Shown in pieces: positions 49,048 to 59,529 of a DNA stretch of 64,000 nt. The notes below the pieces were generated by a model. It was given only the letters and a program-made list of their open reading frames with translations. It was not told the DNA's origin and made no database searches. The stretch is from an uncultured candidate division Zixibacteria bacterium (lineage in GTDB: Bacteria > Zixibacteria > MSB-5A5 > GN15 > PGXB01): assembly GCA_963702205.1 (NCBI GenBank), contig OY969724.1, positions 3,776,001 through 3,840,000 on the forward strand, in the 5' to 3' direction. Every line of letters starts with the position of its first letter. Within the stretch, counting starts at the first letter, position 1. The translations under genes and the position numbers were made by a program.

Positions 49048-50925
49048 ATGATCATTCGCTTCACCCCCTCGAAGCGAGGTATCAAGGAAACCTTCCTATA
49101 TTATTTAGGACCGGTAATTCTGTGGCTTATACTATTGTGCCCGGTATATGCCGAACAGGCTCCCTTTAAATTCGAAATCGGGCGCCTCACCGACGCCGTC
49201 CCCGGCACATTTATCTCGGTTCCGGTTACCAAAACCGCCGGGACGGAATTAATGTACGGCTGGGACTGGCTTTTCGCCTATGATACCACCGGACTGACTT
49301 TTGTCGGAGCGACGTCGGGTGTCTTGTTCACAACTCCCGGCTCTTATGAATGGGAGTATTTCACCTATCGCACTACCCAGCCGGAAGCGTGCGACGAACA
49401 CTGCCCGTCCGGCCTGGTGCAGGTCTTTTCTTTGGCCGAATCACAAATAGGGCCCCACCATCCCCTGAGTCATACCGTCCCCGATGGCACCGTCTTGTTC
49501 ACGCTCAATTTTCAGGTAAAAAACACGGGTGCGGTCGATTGCGGCTTTTTTGGAATCCGTTACTACTGGACCGATTGCGGGGACAACGGAACAGCCTACG
49601 GGCCGATCGAGGGCGTCGGCCTGGCAGTAGCGGATTCCGTGTTTGACGTCAACGATATTAATATAACCGATAACTCGGCGCATTTTCCATCATACTACGG
49701 TTACCCCGATGCCTGCTTCGAATCGGGTGCGCCTAACCCGCCGGACCGGTTCGAGAATTTCGTCAACGGAGGCGTCGACGTTCAATGTCTTAATCCATTT
49801 CCTGATCGGGGCGATTTGAATCTGAACGGAGTATCATACGAACTTCAGGACCGCGACGTCTTCCTAAATTATTTCCTGTACGGTCTCTCGGTTTTCACCG
49901 TTGACCCGGTCTATCAAACGGCCGTATCGGATATCAAGGGTGACAACAGACCTCTGACGGTCGAGGATTTCGTCTACCTCGACCGGATTATCGACACCAC
50001 TCTCTCCCCCTGGCCTCACGCCCCGGTGATGACTCTTGACAGCACCGTCGGGCTGATCGCCCAGGTCGAGACGGATTCCTCGCGCATCGTCCGGACCCAG
50101 TTTACCAAACCGGGGGGAGCTTTATTGATCGAGTTCAGCACACCCGGTTGGCAGCCCGGAGATTATCATATCAACGTCATGCCCGAGGGCGCGCACCTTG
50201 ATTTATTCCAGAATCTTGAAAATGATAAATTAATAATTATGGTATGCGGTCGGCGGGACTTATTGGGTGATCAAGCGGAGATAGATTCGGTCACCCTGCC
50301 CGCCGAACCGATTGATTTATTCGAAATAGTCTACACTTCTGCCGCTCCGGAAATTGATACGGCTTTCGCCGCCGATTACTATGGCGGCAAAATCAACCTG
50401 TATATCGCCGACGTTCCCAACTACCCACCGGGATTCAATCAATTTCCCGGCCAGCTGGTCAATATACCGTACCGGGGCTTCGAGTTCAATTTCATCGCCT
50501 ATGATCCCAATATGCCGCCCGATCCGATCGAATACCATCTGCTGTCCGGCCCCGGCAAGATCGACCCGGAAACCGGCTTCTGGGAGTATCGGCCCGTTTG
50601 CCGCGACTCGGGGACAACCTGGATTCTTGAAATCTGCGCCTCGGACCTGGCCCACCCCTGCCCGCAGGACGAAACCACCCTGCACGCCGTCATGACTCTT
50701 CACCTCGATAACCCACTTATCCGTCTCGGCGATGCCGACTTCAGCGGAACCGTCAATCTTACCGATGTTCTCCTCTTAATCAGCCACGTCTACGACGGCG
50801 GTCCGGTTCCATACCCCAACCCGGCGGTCGGCGACGTCAACAGCGACGGAACCATCAACCTCCTTGATATCCTGATCATAATTCAAATGATATATTTCGA
50901 CGGACCAACGCCACAATGCCCTTAA
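49048..50925 (+). CDS. Secreted non-catalytic protein: cohesin-like domain, internal divergent dockerin-like domain, Ig-like domain, C-terminal dockerin
   Basis: 'PGTFISVPV...FAYDTTGLTFVGA...LFTLNFQV'; 'GDLNLNG...SDIKGD'; 'GDADFSGTVNLTD...GDVNSDGTINLLD'. Confidence 0.7.
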   Translation: MIIRFTPSKRGIKETFLYYLGPVILWLILLCPVYAEQAPFKFEIGRLTDAVPGTFISVPVTKTAGTELMYGWDWLFAYDTTGLTFVGATSGVLFTTPGSYEWEYFTYRTTQPEACDEHCPSGLVQVFSLAESQIGPHHPLSHTVPDGTVLFTLNFQVKNTGAVDCGFFGIRYYWTDCGDNGTAYGPIEGVGLAVADSVFDVNDINITDNSAHFPSYYGYPDACFESGAPNPPDRFENFVNGGVDVQCLNPFPDRGDLNLNGVSYELQDRDVFLNYFLYGLSVFTVDPVYQTAVSDIKGDNRPLTVEDFVYLDRIIDTTLSPWPHAPVMTLDSTVGLIAQVETDSSRIVRTQFTKPGGALLIEFSTPGWQPGDYHINVMPEGAHLDLFQNLENDKLIIMVCGRRDLLGDQAEIDSVTLPAEPIDLFEIVYTSAAPEIDTAFAADYYGGKINLYIADVPNYPPGFNQFPGQLVNIPYRGFEFNFIAYDPNMPPDPIEYHLLSGPGKIDPETGFWEYRPVCRDSGTTWILEICASDLAHPCPQDETTLHAVMTLHLDNPLIRLGDADFSGTVNLTDVLLLISHVYDGGPVPYPNPAVGDVNSDGTINLLDILIIIQMIYFDGPTPQCP

Positions 50926-51044
50926 TCTCTCCTTTTTTTGATCCGTCTGTGGGGGCGCCCGGCCCGGCGCCCCTTTCTATTCCGTTGTTATACAATATAT
51001 TATATATTATTTTTGAAACAAATCTATTCTTTTAAACTTATCCC

Positions 51045-51089
51045 TTGATTTGTCCGTATTAGAAATATATAATTGACCGACCAGTCGGT
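51045..51089 (+). promoter_or_regulatory. Sigma70 promoter with TetR-type operator
   Basis: TTGATT-N17-TATAAT followed by the palindrome ACCGAC-CA-GTCGGT (51076-51089) over the predicted start site. Confidence 0.75.
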
Positions 51090-51111
51090 ATTGATTAAAA
51101 AGAAGACTATT

Positions 51112-51723
51112 ATGTCACCAAGAACCGTTGATAAAGACCAAAAAAAACGAGAGATTCTCGAAGCCGCCATCAGGGTTTTTTCCGAACGCGGGGTCAACCA
51201 TTTCAAAATGATTGATATCGCCAAAGAGGCAAAAATCGGGAAAGGCACCATCTATGAATATTTCAATGACAAGGATAACCTGATCCTGGGCTGCTTCGAA
51301 TATTTCGTCGGCCATTATACCGAAATCCTCGGGGCAAAAGGCGAAACGGACCTCTCCCCCGACAAAAAACTCGAACAAATGATCCGGGAATCGTTCGAGT
51401 TCTTTATTACCAATATGGATTTCACCAGAATCATGTATGACCTCTGGGCTCTTTTGATCCACACCGACAGCGACAAGCACATCATGGATCAATTCGGCCC
51501 GATGCAGGATGAAGCTCTGCAGCAACTGGAGTCCGTTATTCGGGAAGGTAAAAATCAGGGCGTTTTCGGCGATGTCGACCCAAAGGCGGTCGCGCTTATA
51601 ATCCTCGGCATGCTTGATGGAATTCTCTTTCAATACAAAACCGGGCTGATAGATTACGACTATAAGAAAATGATCGATGGGATCATTGAAATGACAATGC
51701 ACGGAATTATGAAAAGATATTAA
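51112..51723 (+). CDS. TetR/AcrR-family regulator
   Basis: 'ILEAAIRVFSERG...DIAKEAKIGKGTIYEYF'. Confidence 0.9.
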   Translation: MSPRTVDKDQKKREILEAAIRVFSERGVNHFKMIDIAKEAKIGKGTIYEYFNDKDNLILGCFEYFVGHYTEILGAKGETDLSPDKKLEQMIRESFEFFITNMDFTRIMYDLWALLIHTDSDKHIMDQFGPMQDEALQQLESVIREGKNQGVFGDVDPKAVALIILGMLDGILFQYKTGLIDYDYKKMIDGIIEMTMHGIMKRY

Positions 51724-51748
51724 CTTTCTAATAAGCAGGGATTCGACT

Positions 51749-52525
51749 ATGAATAAATTGAAACTGTTTTTTATTCGGGGATTGTTCCTCTTATTGCTTT
51801 TGCCGGGTTCAATATCAAACGCGGCAGATAAATTGAGCGAGGATCAAATCCACGCCATTATCAAAGAAGTCGATCAACTGTACCGGGCTAATTCCAGCTA
51901 CAGCAGGATCGAAATGGACATTGTCACGCCCAACTGGGAGAGGACGCTTTCCATGGACGGTTGGTCGGAAGGCACGGAAAAGACCTTTATCCGCATTACT
52001 TCCCCCAAGAAGGAAGATGGCGTCGCGACACTCAGAATCGGCAGCGAGATGTGGAACTATCTGCCCAAAACCGACAAGGTCATCAAGGTCCCGCCCTCGA
52101 TGATGATGAGCTCATGGATGGGATCGGATTTTACCAACGATGACCTCGTAAAAGAATTCTCTTTGTTTAAGGATTATACTTATAACCTGATCGACGTCGA
52201 AGGCGGCACCGACGACAACTACTACATCAACTGCATTCCCAACGAAAACATCCCGGTCGTCTGGAAAAATATATTCTTTTGTGTCCGTAAGGCCGACAAA
52301 ATACCGATCTGGGCCCGCTACTACGACGAAAAAGACCGCCTGATGCGCGTCCTTAATTATTCCGATGTTAAAAAATTCGGCGGCCGGGTCATTCCGGCTA
52401 CGCTCGAAATGATTCCTCAAAACAAAGAAGGCCACAAAACGACCATACGCTACCTTGATATCGAATTTAATGCCAGGCTCGATCCGGAGACGTTTACGTT
52501 GCGCAACCTCCAGGCACACAAATAG
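51749..52525 (+). CDS. LolA-like periplasmic protein (outer-membrane lipoprotein-sorting family)
   Basis: Signal peptide; 'MWNYLP...SWMGSDFTNDDL'. Confidence 0.85.
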   Translation: MNKLKLFFIRGLFLLLLLPGSISNAADKLSEDQIHAIIKEVDQLYRANSSYSRIEMDIVTPNWERTLSMDGWSEGTEKTFIRITSPKKEDGVATLRIGSEMWNYLPKTDKVIKVPPSMMMSSWMGSDFTNDDLVKEFSLFKDYTYNLIDVEGGTDDNYYINCIPNENIPVVWKNIFFCVRKADKIPIWARYYDEKDRLMRVLNYSDVKKFGGRVIPATLEMIPQNKEGHKTTIRYLDIEFNARLDPETFTLRNLQAHK

Positions 52526-52535
52526 GCAAACACAA

Positions 52536-53753
52536 ATGCTGACGCTTAAAATTGCATTTCGGAATATATTCCGGCAGCGGCGCCGGACCTTCCTGACGGT
52601 CCTGACCATGTTCGGGGGATTCGTCCTGGCGGCTTTTTCCATCGGCTGGGCCGATGGTACCTATAATCATATCATCGACACCTTCACCCGCAACCGGCTC
52701 GGACACATTCAGGTCCACAAAGACAATTATCTCGACCGGCCGACACTTTATAAAACCATCGACAATTACGAAACAGTCCGATCGAAAATCCTCGGAGTCA
52801 GACACGTCCGGGCTTGTACCGCCCGGCTGTACTCCATGGGCCTCGGTTCGGTGGGCGATAAATCCGCCGGGATTCGCATTATCGGCATCGATCCGGAAAT
52901 CGAAAACCAGGCCACGTTTTTCGACAAAAAAATAATAAGAGGCCGACCTTTATCGGAAAAACCGCACAACGAAACCGTCATCGGCAAGGGCCTGGCCAAA
53001 ATTCTCGCGGCCGAACCCGGCGATTCGCTGGTAATAGTTTCGCAGGGAGCCGACGGGTCAATCGCCAACGACATTTATGCCGTAGTCGGGATTATGGAAA
53101 GCGGCGATTTCATGCACGATCAAACCGCCTGCTATCTTCACTTGACCGACGCCCAGAACCTTCTCGTACTTAACAACCGGGTCCACAAACTGGCGGTGAT
53201 CGTCGAAAACCTCAACAGCGTCAAGGCCGCCACGCTCGATATAACCAGAACATTAAACGACAGCACCTTGAGCGTCGCGCCTTGGCAGGAATTCGCAAAA
53301 TCGTTTTATCATGCTATGGAAGCGGACAAAAACGGCAACTGGGTCTCGCTGGGCGTAATAATTCTCATTGTCGCGGTCGGGGTTTTAAATACCGTCCTTA
53401 TGACCGTCCTCGAACGCACCCGCGAGTACGGCGTCCTGAGGGCGATCGGCACCGGTCCCGCTCAGATATTCCGATTGGTGATCTTGGAAGTGTTCATCAT
53501 GGCCATAACCAGTCTGATTATCGGAGGCATCCTCGCGCTCGGCGTAAATTATTATTTCTCACTTCACGGCATTCCTCTTCCGGCGAGCATTGAGTACGGC
53601 GGCGTGCAGTTCAAGGAAGGCTTGACCGAGATTAACGCCCGGAGTTTTTATCTTCCCGGCCTGGCCGTATTATTGTCGGCATTTCTGGTGTCGCTGTTTC
53701 CGGCGCTCAAGGCGGCACATATCGCACCGGCCAAGGCCATGAGGGCCCATTAA
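52536..53753 (+). CDS. LolC/E-MacB-type ABC permease
   Basis: 'AFRNIFRQRRRT', 'NTVLMTVLERTREYGVLRAIG'. Confidence 0.9.
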   Translation: MLTLKIAFRNIFRQRRRTFLTVLTMFGGFVLAAFSIGWADGTYNHIIDTFTRNRLGHIQVHKDNYLDRPTLYKTIDNYETVRSKILGVRHVRACTARLYSMGLGSVGDKSAGIRIIGIDPEIENQATFFDKKIIRGRPLSEKPHNETVIGKGLAKILAAEPGDSLVIVSQGADGSIANDIYAVVGIMESGDFMHDQTACYLHLTDAQNLLVLNNRVHKLAVIVENLNSVKAATLDITRTLNDSTLSVAPWQEFAKSFYHAMEADKNGNWVSLGVIILIVAVGVLNTVLMTVLERTREYGVLRAIGTGPAQIFRLVILEVFIMAITSLIIGGILALGVNYYFSLHGIPLPASIEYGGVQFKEGLTEINARSFYLPGLAVLLSAFLVSLFPALKAAHIAPAKAMRAH

Positions 53754-53765
53754 GGATATTGGACT

Positions 53766-54992
53766 ATGAATAAATTCATCAAACTGGCCTGGCGCAATAT
53801 GCTGCGCAACAAGCGACGGACCTTCATCGCCGGGACTGCCATCGGCATCGGCCTGGCCGCCATGATTTTCACCGACGCCATCATGGTCGGCATGGAGCGA
53901 TACATGATCAATTCGGCAACCAGCTCATTTCTGGGCGACGGGCAAATTCACCACGCCGACTTCCGCCTGACCAACGACGTCAGCCTGACCATCAACAATC
54001 TCGACCGGGTCACCAAAGAACTCAAAAACGACACCCTCGTGGATAAATTCACCGAACGGACGTTAACCTTCGGTATGATCACTTCTCCGGCCAATGTCAG
54101 CGCCGTATCGCTGGTCGGCGTTAACCCTTCGACAGAAAAAAACCTCTCGCGTATCGATGACGCCGTCGATCAGGGCACATATTTTGAAGGCGACAACGAA
54201 CAGGACCTTGTTATTGGATACAGATTAGCTGACCTGCTCGACGTGGAACTTGGCGATAGGATCGTAATAACGGCGGCCCAGGCTCACACCGGCGACCTCG
54301 CCCAGGAGCTTTTCCGCATATCTGGGATCTACAACTTCGGCGATAAATCGATCGACCAGGGCATGGCCTTCATCCGCCTCAAAAAAAGTCAGGACATGCT
54401 CAATCTCGGCCACGGTGTTCACGAAATCGCTATGAAATTGAACAACCAGGACGTCGCGCAGGATAAAACCGCCCCGTTCTGGAAAAAATATTCGACCGAT
54501 GGCAACGAAGCGGTCAGTTGGGTGGTCATCATGCCCGAAATCAAAGCCGTCTTCGAGATGGCCAACTTCCTGATGGTCATATTGGGTCTTATTCTTTTCG
54601 GAGTCGTTTCACTGGGTATCATCAATACCCTGTTCATGTCGCTGCATGAACGAATGTTCGAGTTCGGCGTCATGCGCGCGGTGGGGACCTCACCTTTCGC
54701 GATGGGTCGCCTGATAATTTTCGAAGCCTGCGCTCTCGCCTTGATAAGTATAGTTATCGGGGCCATTATCGGATACGTCGCGACCAGCATTGTCGACATC
54801 ACCGGTATCGACTATTCCGGCATTGAATCGGTCGGTATAACGTATCGAGAACCGCTGTATCCAATATTGCAGGTAAGACAGTTTATTATATATCCTATCG
54901 CTGTTTTTATATTTACGGCCATTATCGGTCTCTACCCCGCCCGTTATGCCGCCAGGATTTCACCGGCCGAGGCCATGCGGAAAGGTCAATGA
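53766..54992 (+). CDS. LolC/E-MacB-type ABC permease
   Basis: 'AWRNMLRNKRRT', 'NTLFMSLHERMFEFGVMRAVG'. Confidence 0.9.
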   Translation: MNKFIKLAWRNMLRNKRRTFIAGTAIGIGLAAMIFTDAIMVGMERYMINSATSSFLGDGQIHHADFRLTNDVSLTINNLDRVTKELKNDTLVDKFTERTLTFGMITSPANVSAVSLVGVNPSTEKNLSRIDDAVDQGTYFEGDNEQDLVIGYRLADLLDVELGDRIVITAAQAHTGDLAQELFRISGIYNFGDKSIDQGMAFIRLKKSQDMLNLGHGVHEIAMKLNNQDVAQDKTAPFWKKYSTDGNEAVSWVVIMPEIKAVFEMANFLMVILGLILFGVVSLGIINTLFMSLHERMFEFGVMRAVGTSPFAMGRLIIFEACALALISIVIGAIIGYVATSIVDITGIDYSGIESVGITYREPLYPILQVRQFIIYPIAVFIFTAIIGLYPARYAARISPAEAMRKGQ

Positions 54993-55001
54993 GGAAGCAT
55001 T

Positions 55002-55697
55002 ATGGAAACGAATAATATTATTGAAGTCAAAGGCCTGAAAAAGACCTATCAGGACAACGGCGTCCCGGTCCCGGCCATTCGCGGTATCGACCTGACTATC
55101 AAAGTCGGGGAATTTAGCGCTATCGTGGGACCGTCCGGTTCCGGCAAGACGACGTTCTTGAACCTGATCTCCGGCCTCGATACGGCCACCGAAGGCAATG
55201 TCCGCCTCAACGGGAAACTGATTTCCGCCATGAGCGGCAAGGAGCTTTCCAACTTCCGGCGCGATAATATAGGTTTCATCTTTCAGGCGTACAATTTAAT
55301 CCCGGTCCTGACGGTCGAGGAAAATATCGAATACATCATGCTCCTGCAGAACGTCCCCAAAGATGAACGGCATAAAAGAGTTGCGGAGATGCTGGAGCGG
55401 GTCGGCCTGGCCGGGATGGCCGACCGCCTCCCCAACAAGCTCTCCGGTGGGCAACGTCAGCGCGTGGCCGTGGCACGAGCCATGGTTTCCCGTCCGGCGT
55501 TGATTCTGGCCGATGAGCCAACCGCCAACCTCGACAGCAAAACCGGCGGCGGCCTGCTCGACATGATGCGCGAACTCAACCTCGCCAGCGGCATTACCTA
55601 TGTCTTTTCCACCCACGACGAAAAAATTATGCAGCGAGCAAAAAGATTGATCGTGCTCAAAGACGGTTTGATCGACAGCGATGAGGTAAAACCGTGA
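55002..55697 (+). CDS. LolD-like ABC ATPase
   Basis: GPSGSGKT, 'IGFIFQAYNL', LSGGQ, 'ADEPTANLD'. Confidence 0.95.
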   Translation: METNNIIEVKGLKKTYQDNGVPVPAIRGIDLTIKVGEFSAIVGPSGSGKTTFLNLISGLDTATEGNVRLNGKLISAMSGKELSNFRRDNIGFIFQAYNLIPVLTVEENIEYIMLLQNVPKDERHKRVAEMLERVGLAGMADRLPNKLSGGQRQRVAVARAMVSRPALILADEPTANLDSKTGGGLLDMMRELNLASGITYVFSTHDEKIMQRAKRLIVLKDGLIDSDEVKP

Positions 55698-56977
55698 CAT
55701 CGTCACATAGATACATGCCGTTTGCACTTACGATTTTGCTTTTGACCTCCCCCGCTATATGCACCGCCGGCAGTTTTTCAATTGGCGGCTTCTACAAGAG
55801 CTTTTTCACGTCCTATAACCCGCCTAAAATAGACAACCTCGGCAGCTTGAATATAAATACAAGCGATTACGGCATAGTCACCAACAGGCTGCGAATCAAT
55901 GCCGGTTACGGAATCGCCGGAGCCGCACATTTCGATGTATCCTACGATTTTATCCCGCAGGTTCAGGAACAGAATATCATCAATGATTTATTCAGTAGTG
56001 CATCACTTAATAATAATTCTCTCAATTACAGGCTCGATGATCTCGACCGGCGGCTTTATCCTGCGCCGGGTGATTCGGCCGGGAGCTTTACAATTAACCA
56101 GAACCTCGATCGCCTGAGCTTGTCTTTGACACTTCCCCATGCCGATATCATATTGGGCCGTCAGGCAATTGCCTGGGGAACGGCGAGGGTAATCAACCCG
56201 ACCGATGTCATCGCGCCGTACACTTACCAGGAACTCGACACCGAAGACCGCATCGGGGTCGATGCCGCGCGGCTGCGAATCCCGCTCGGGTTTATGGGTG
56301 AAATCGACGCCGGATATATCTTCGGTGAAAAAGCCGAATTCAAAAAAAGCGCCGTTTTCTTGCGCGGGAAGTATTATGTTGCCAAGACCGATATTTCCGC
56401 CCTGGCCGTCGGCTTTCGCGAGAATCTCATGCTCGGCCTCGATATGGCCCGCTCGGTCGGAGGAGCCGGGGTCTGGGCCGAGGGGGCTTACGTATTCGAC
56501 AAAGCCCTGTCCGACAGTCTGCGCAACAGCGCTTATGACTATTTCAGAATATCAGCAGGAAGCGACTACAGTTTTACCGGCAAGCTCTACGGCTTCTTCG
56601 AATATCATTACAACGGGGCCGGGAAATTGAACTCCGATGAATACGGCACACTCGCAACCAACCCGGCTTATACCGAAGGGGCGGTGTATCTGCTCGGTCA
56701 GCACTATTTCACGCCCGGGGCGACCTATCAACTGATGCCGTTGATTACACTGAGCGGCGAAGCTCTATGCAATCTGAACGATCAATCGGTTTTCCTGTCG
56801 CTGCAGGGTGAGTACAATATCGCGGAGAACGTTTATCTTTCCGCCGGGGCCTTTATCGGGCTGGGTGAAAAACCCGCCGTCCAGTACACGGGCGCCTTCC
56901 CGACCGGAGTGCAGACGAGAAGTGAGTTCGGAAGCTACCCCGATATCGTGTTTTCGTCGTTCCGGTTTTATTTCTAA
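55694..56977 (+). CDS. Probable outer-membrane beta-barrel protein
   Basis: Signal peptide, 'LGRQAIAWG...NPTD', alternating strands, terminal 'FRFYF'. Confidence 0.75.
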   Translation: MTSSHRYMPFALTILLLTSPAICTAGSFSIGGFYKSFFTSYNPPKIDNLGSLNINTSDYGIVTNRLRINAGYGIAGAAHFDVSYDFIPQVQEQNIINDLFSSASLNNNSLNYRLDDLDRRLYPAPGDSAGSFTINQNLDRLSLSLTLPHADIILGRQAIAWGTARVINPTDVIAPYTYQELDTEDRIGVDAARLRIPLGFMGEIDAGYIFGEKAEFKKSAVFLRGKYYVAKTDISALAVGFRENLMLGLDMARSVGGAGVWAEGAYVFDKALSDSLRNSAYDYFRISAGSDYSFTGKLYGFFEYHYNGAGKLNSDEYGTLATNPAYTEGAVYLLGQHYFTPGATYQLMPLITLSGEALCNLNDQSVFLSLQGEYNIAENVYLSAGAFIGLGEKPAVQYTGAFPTGVQTRSEFGSYPDIVFSSFRFYF

Positions 56978-56980
56978 ATT

Positions 56981-57005
56981 AAAAAAGGGGACGAATCGTC
57001 CCCTT
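56981..57005. terminator. Intrinsic terminator between convergent genes
   Basis: AAGGGGACGA-a-TCGTCCCCTT with an A-run. Confidence 0.7.
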
Positions 57006-57029
57006 GTATGACGCCCGTTATCAAAAACT

Positions 57030-59147
57030 TCAATTGCAGGTCAAAGCCCCGGCTTTATTGTATATCGAATCGATTACGGCCAGAATATCCAGCAGGTTGA
57101 TGACGCCGTCGGCAATCACGTCGCCGGATAGGTATGGCACCGGGTCCGGACCGCTGGAATAGACGTTTTCGATCAGGTATAATATATCGATCAGGTTGAC
57201 GGCGCTGTCGGCGTTGGCGTCCCCGCACATGAAATTAAGCGTCACCGCTCCGGCCGAAAGAACCGGAGTATAGTCGATCAGCGATGTATAAAACGTCGGC
57301 ACGTGGCTCATGTAGCCGTCGAGTTCGATACTCGCCGTCTGGCTCATCGTGGCCGACGACGGAATCGTGAAAAAGACCGACAGAATCGGCCCGTCGCCGG
57401 GAGCCAGATTGTAATACGTGCCCGATAAATTTTCAATCGTAAAAGTACTGCGCTTGCCCCAGGCGTCGGAGTGAATCTGGCGAACACTGTCCATCGCCGC
57501 CGTCCGGCACCCCGCCGTCGTGAACGAATCCAGCGTCAGCGCCAGCGTCCCGCCATATGCAATCGGAATCTTGATCTTGCGCACCGGGACCGTATTGCAG
57601 GCGCCGATATCGAGACGGATCTTGTCACCCGGATTGCCCTGTATACTGGCGCTTTTCATGGTGTCGGCGAAAGCCACGATCAGGTTGGCGGCGTTATAAG
57701 TGCGAACCTCGGCCCCGGCCGCCACTTCCAGCGTGACGTCGAACATACCCGATTGATTGTACACGTGAACCGGGTTTTGCACGTACGCCGAATCGCCGTC
57801 ACCGAACGACCACGTCCAGGCGTCCACGTCGAGCGTACTCGACCCCGTGAACGACACCTCGAACGGCACGTCGCCGTACGTCGTATCGACTTCGAGCACG
57901 ACGCCTTTGTCCGGCACGATATTGGTCATGGCGTATTCCACCATCGGCGAACAACCGTCCCAGTTGCAGTACAGGTTGTCCATGACATACCATGAATTCT
58001 GGCTCCCTCCCCAGCCGTAATTCATGTGGATGTGAAATTCCATCCCGACTTCGCGCCAGCCGTCGCACACGATCGAATGCGAACTGATCCGGTACTGTAT
58101 CGGGCGCTCGGCGATCATTTCGTTCATAATGAGGTTGGAATAAGCCATCAGGTTATAATTGCTGCGGTCGTGCTCTTCGATTATATCGAGGTAGCGAAAA
58201 TGATCGGGAAATACGTTTTGCACGTCGGCGGTGTACGCCCCCGAGCCGCACCGGCCGTAATCCATGTTAAACGCCACCCCGACCTCATAACACAGTTCGG
58301 CCACCGCCGCCTGTTGTTCGGGCGTACAATTGCTGCACGAATTGAGAATGTTGTCCCAGTCGTACTGGTCGCTGTAATCGACTTCGAGAAGCTGCGAAGC
58401 CGTGCTGCCGTTGCACGAATTGTCGCCGTTCCACATATAGGCGTGCGTTCCGGTACCTTGCAGCGGCCACCGGTAATAGGCCAGAATCTGTGAAGCGGCC
58501 GTCGCTACACAACCGACCACCGTTCTTCCACCGTCGCCGTACGGACAGTCGTTGTTGTACGGTGCATCCTGGTGCCAGAGGGTGGTCAGAAGCGGCCCGT
58601 AATCGGTGACGTCCATAAAGTCTTTCTGCGCCAGAGCCTGCTGAAAATGTTCGTCGTCCTGGAGATAAAAATCCCACATCTGAAGTTCCTCTTCGCAGGT
58701 CCGCGACTGATCGCTCTTGACCGCCTGCACGTAATCGAGCGAGCCGAACAGGCTGATATAGTTCTGCGCCCGGTTGTCCAGAACCTCGCGCACCATCGCC
58801 CCCATCCCCTGATCGGCGTCGAGGTCGAGACGGTAAAGATCCGAATAGGCTTTCACCGGCGGAAGTTCTTTCAGCGTCGGGACAAGCACGTAACCCGACG
58901 GCTCGATTTGATAGTAGCGGGCGACCATAAGACCGCTTTCGTAGATATCCTGCGACAGGGAAATCGACGGATTGTCCGATCCGCCCCAGTCGCCGTTGCG
59001 AACGACCATATAGGTCAGGAAATGTTTGCAGGCGAGCTGCATTTCGTCATTATTGGCTGTCTCGGCCAGGCTGACCGAAAACGCACCGACCAGCAAAGCG
59101 ACAAGCAAAATAATAGATAAAGGCGGTTTGGGGAGGGCTCTGGGCAT
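57030..59147 (-). CDS. Secreted C10 (streptopain/SpeB-like) cysteine peptidase with prodomain, PKD, cohesin-like and dockerin domains
   Basis: 'WHQDAPYN', 'GCVATAASQI', 'HSIVCDGW', 'HMNYGWGG'; PKD 'WTWSFGDG'; dockerin; SD AAGAGG before ATG 59147. Confidence 0.9.
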   Translation of the reverse strand: MPRALPKPPLSIILLVALLVGAFSVSLAETANNDEMQLACKHFLTYMVVRNGDWGGSDNPSISLSQDIYESGLMVARYYQIEPSGYVLVPTLKELPPVKAYSDLYRLDLDADQGMGAMVREVLDNRAQNYISLFGSLDYVQAVKSDQSRTCEEELQMWDFYLQDDEHFQQALAQKDFMDVTDYGPLLTTLWHQDAPYNNDCPYGDGGRTVVGCVATAASQILAYYRWPLQGTGTHAYMWNGDNSCNGSTASQLLEVDYSDQYDWDNILNSCSNCTPEQQAAVAELCYEVGVAFNMDYGRCGSGAYTADVQNVFPDHFRYLDIIEEHDRSNYNLMAYSNLIMNEMIAERPIQYRISSHSIVCDGWREVGMEFHIHMNYGWGGSQNSWYVMDNLYCNWDGCSPMVEYAMTNIVPDKGVVLEVDTTYGDVPFEVSFTGSSTLDVDAWTWSFGDGDSAYVQNPVHVYNQSGMFDVTLEVAAGAEVRTYNAANLIVAFADTMKSASIQGNPGDKIRLDIGACNTVPVRKIKIPIAYGGTLALTLDSFTTAGCRTAAMDSVRQIHSDAWGKRSTFTIENLSGTYYNLAPGDGPILSVFFTIPSSATMSQTASIELDGYMSHVPTFYTSLIDYTPVLSAGAVTLNFMCGDANADSAVNLIDILYLIENVYSSGPDPVPYLSGDVIADGVINLLDILAVIDSIYNKAGALTCN

Positions 59148-59290
59148 GCATACCTCTTTCTTCACGATGGTTCAACACAAGCGGCAATAGGCACTATCGC
59201 CAATATAACCCCATACAAATTCTTGTCAAGACTGGATTTAGAGCCTTTGGCTCCATTTCTTCCCGAAGGTCAGGAGCGTGATTTATGTTG

Positions 59291-59529
59291 TGTCAGGTCA
59301 TGCCCATTCTTATGGGTGAAACCTGACGCGGGAAGAGTGGCCCCTCCAAACCTATTTGGAGGTAAGTTGACAAACGGCAATAAACTCATTTTCCACCCCA
59401 AATAAAGTTTGGGGTGGCCACCCAGTCGCCGCCTGTCCGGTCGATCTGAGGGTCGACCCTTCAAAGTTCAGGACAGGCCGGGCACAACGCTCGCGACTTG
59501 GAATTCTTGTAGCTCACCCAACGGGTGAG
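59291..59529. repeat. REP-like palindrome cluster
   Basis: GTCAGGT...ACCTGAC hairpin (59291-59328); inverted doublet 59338-59363 / 59393-59420; GTAG-CTCACCC-aac-GGGTGAG (59509-59529). Confidence 0.65.
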
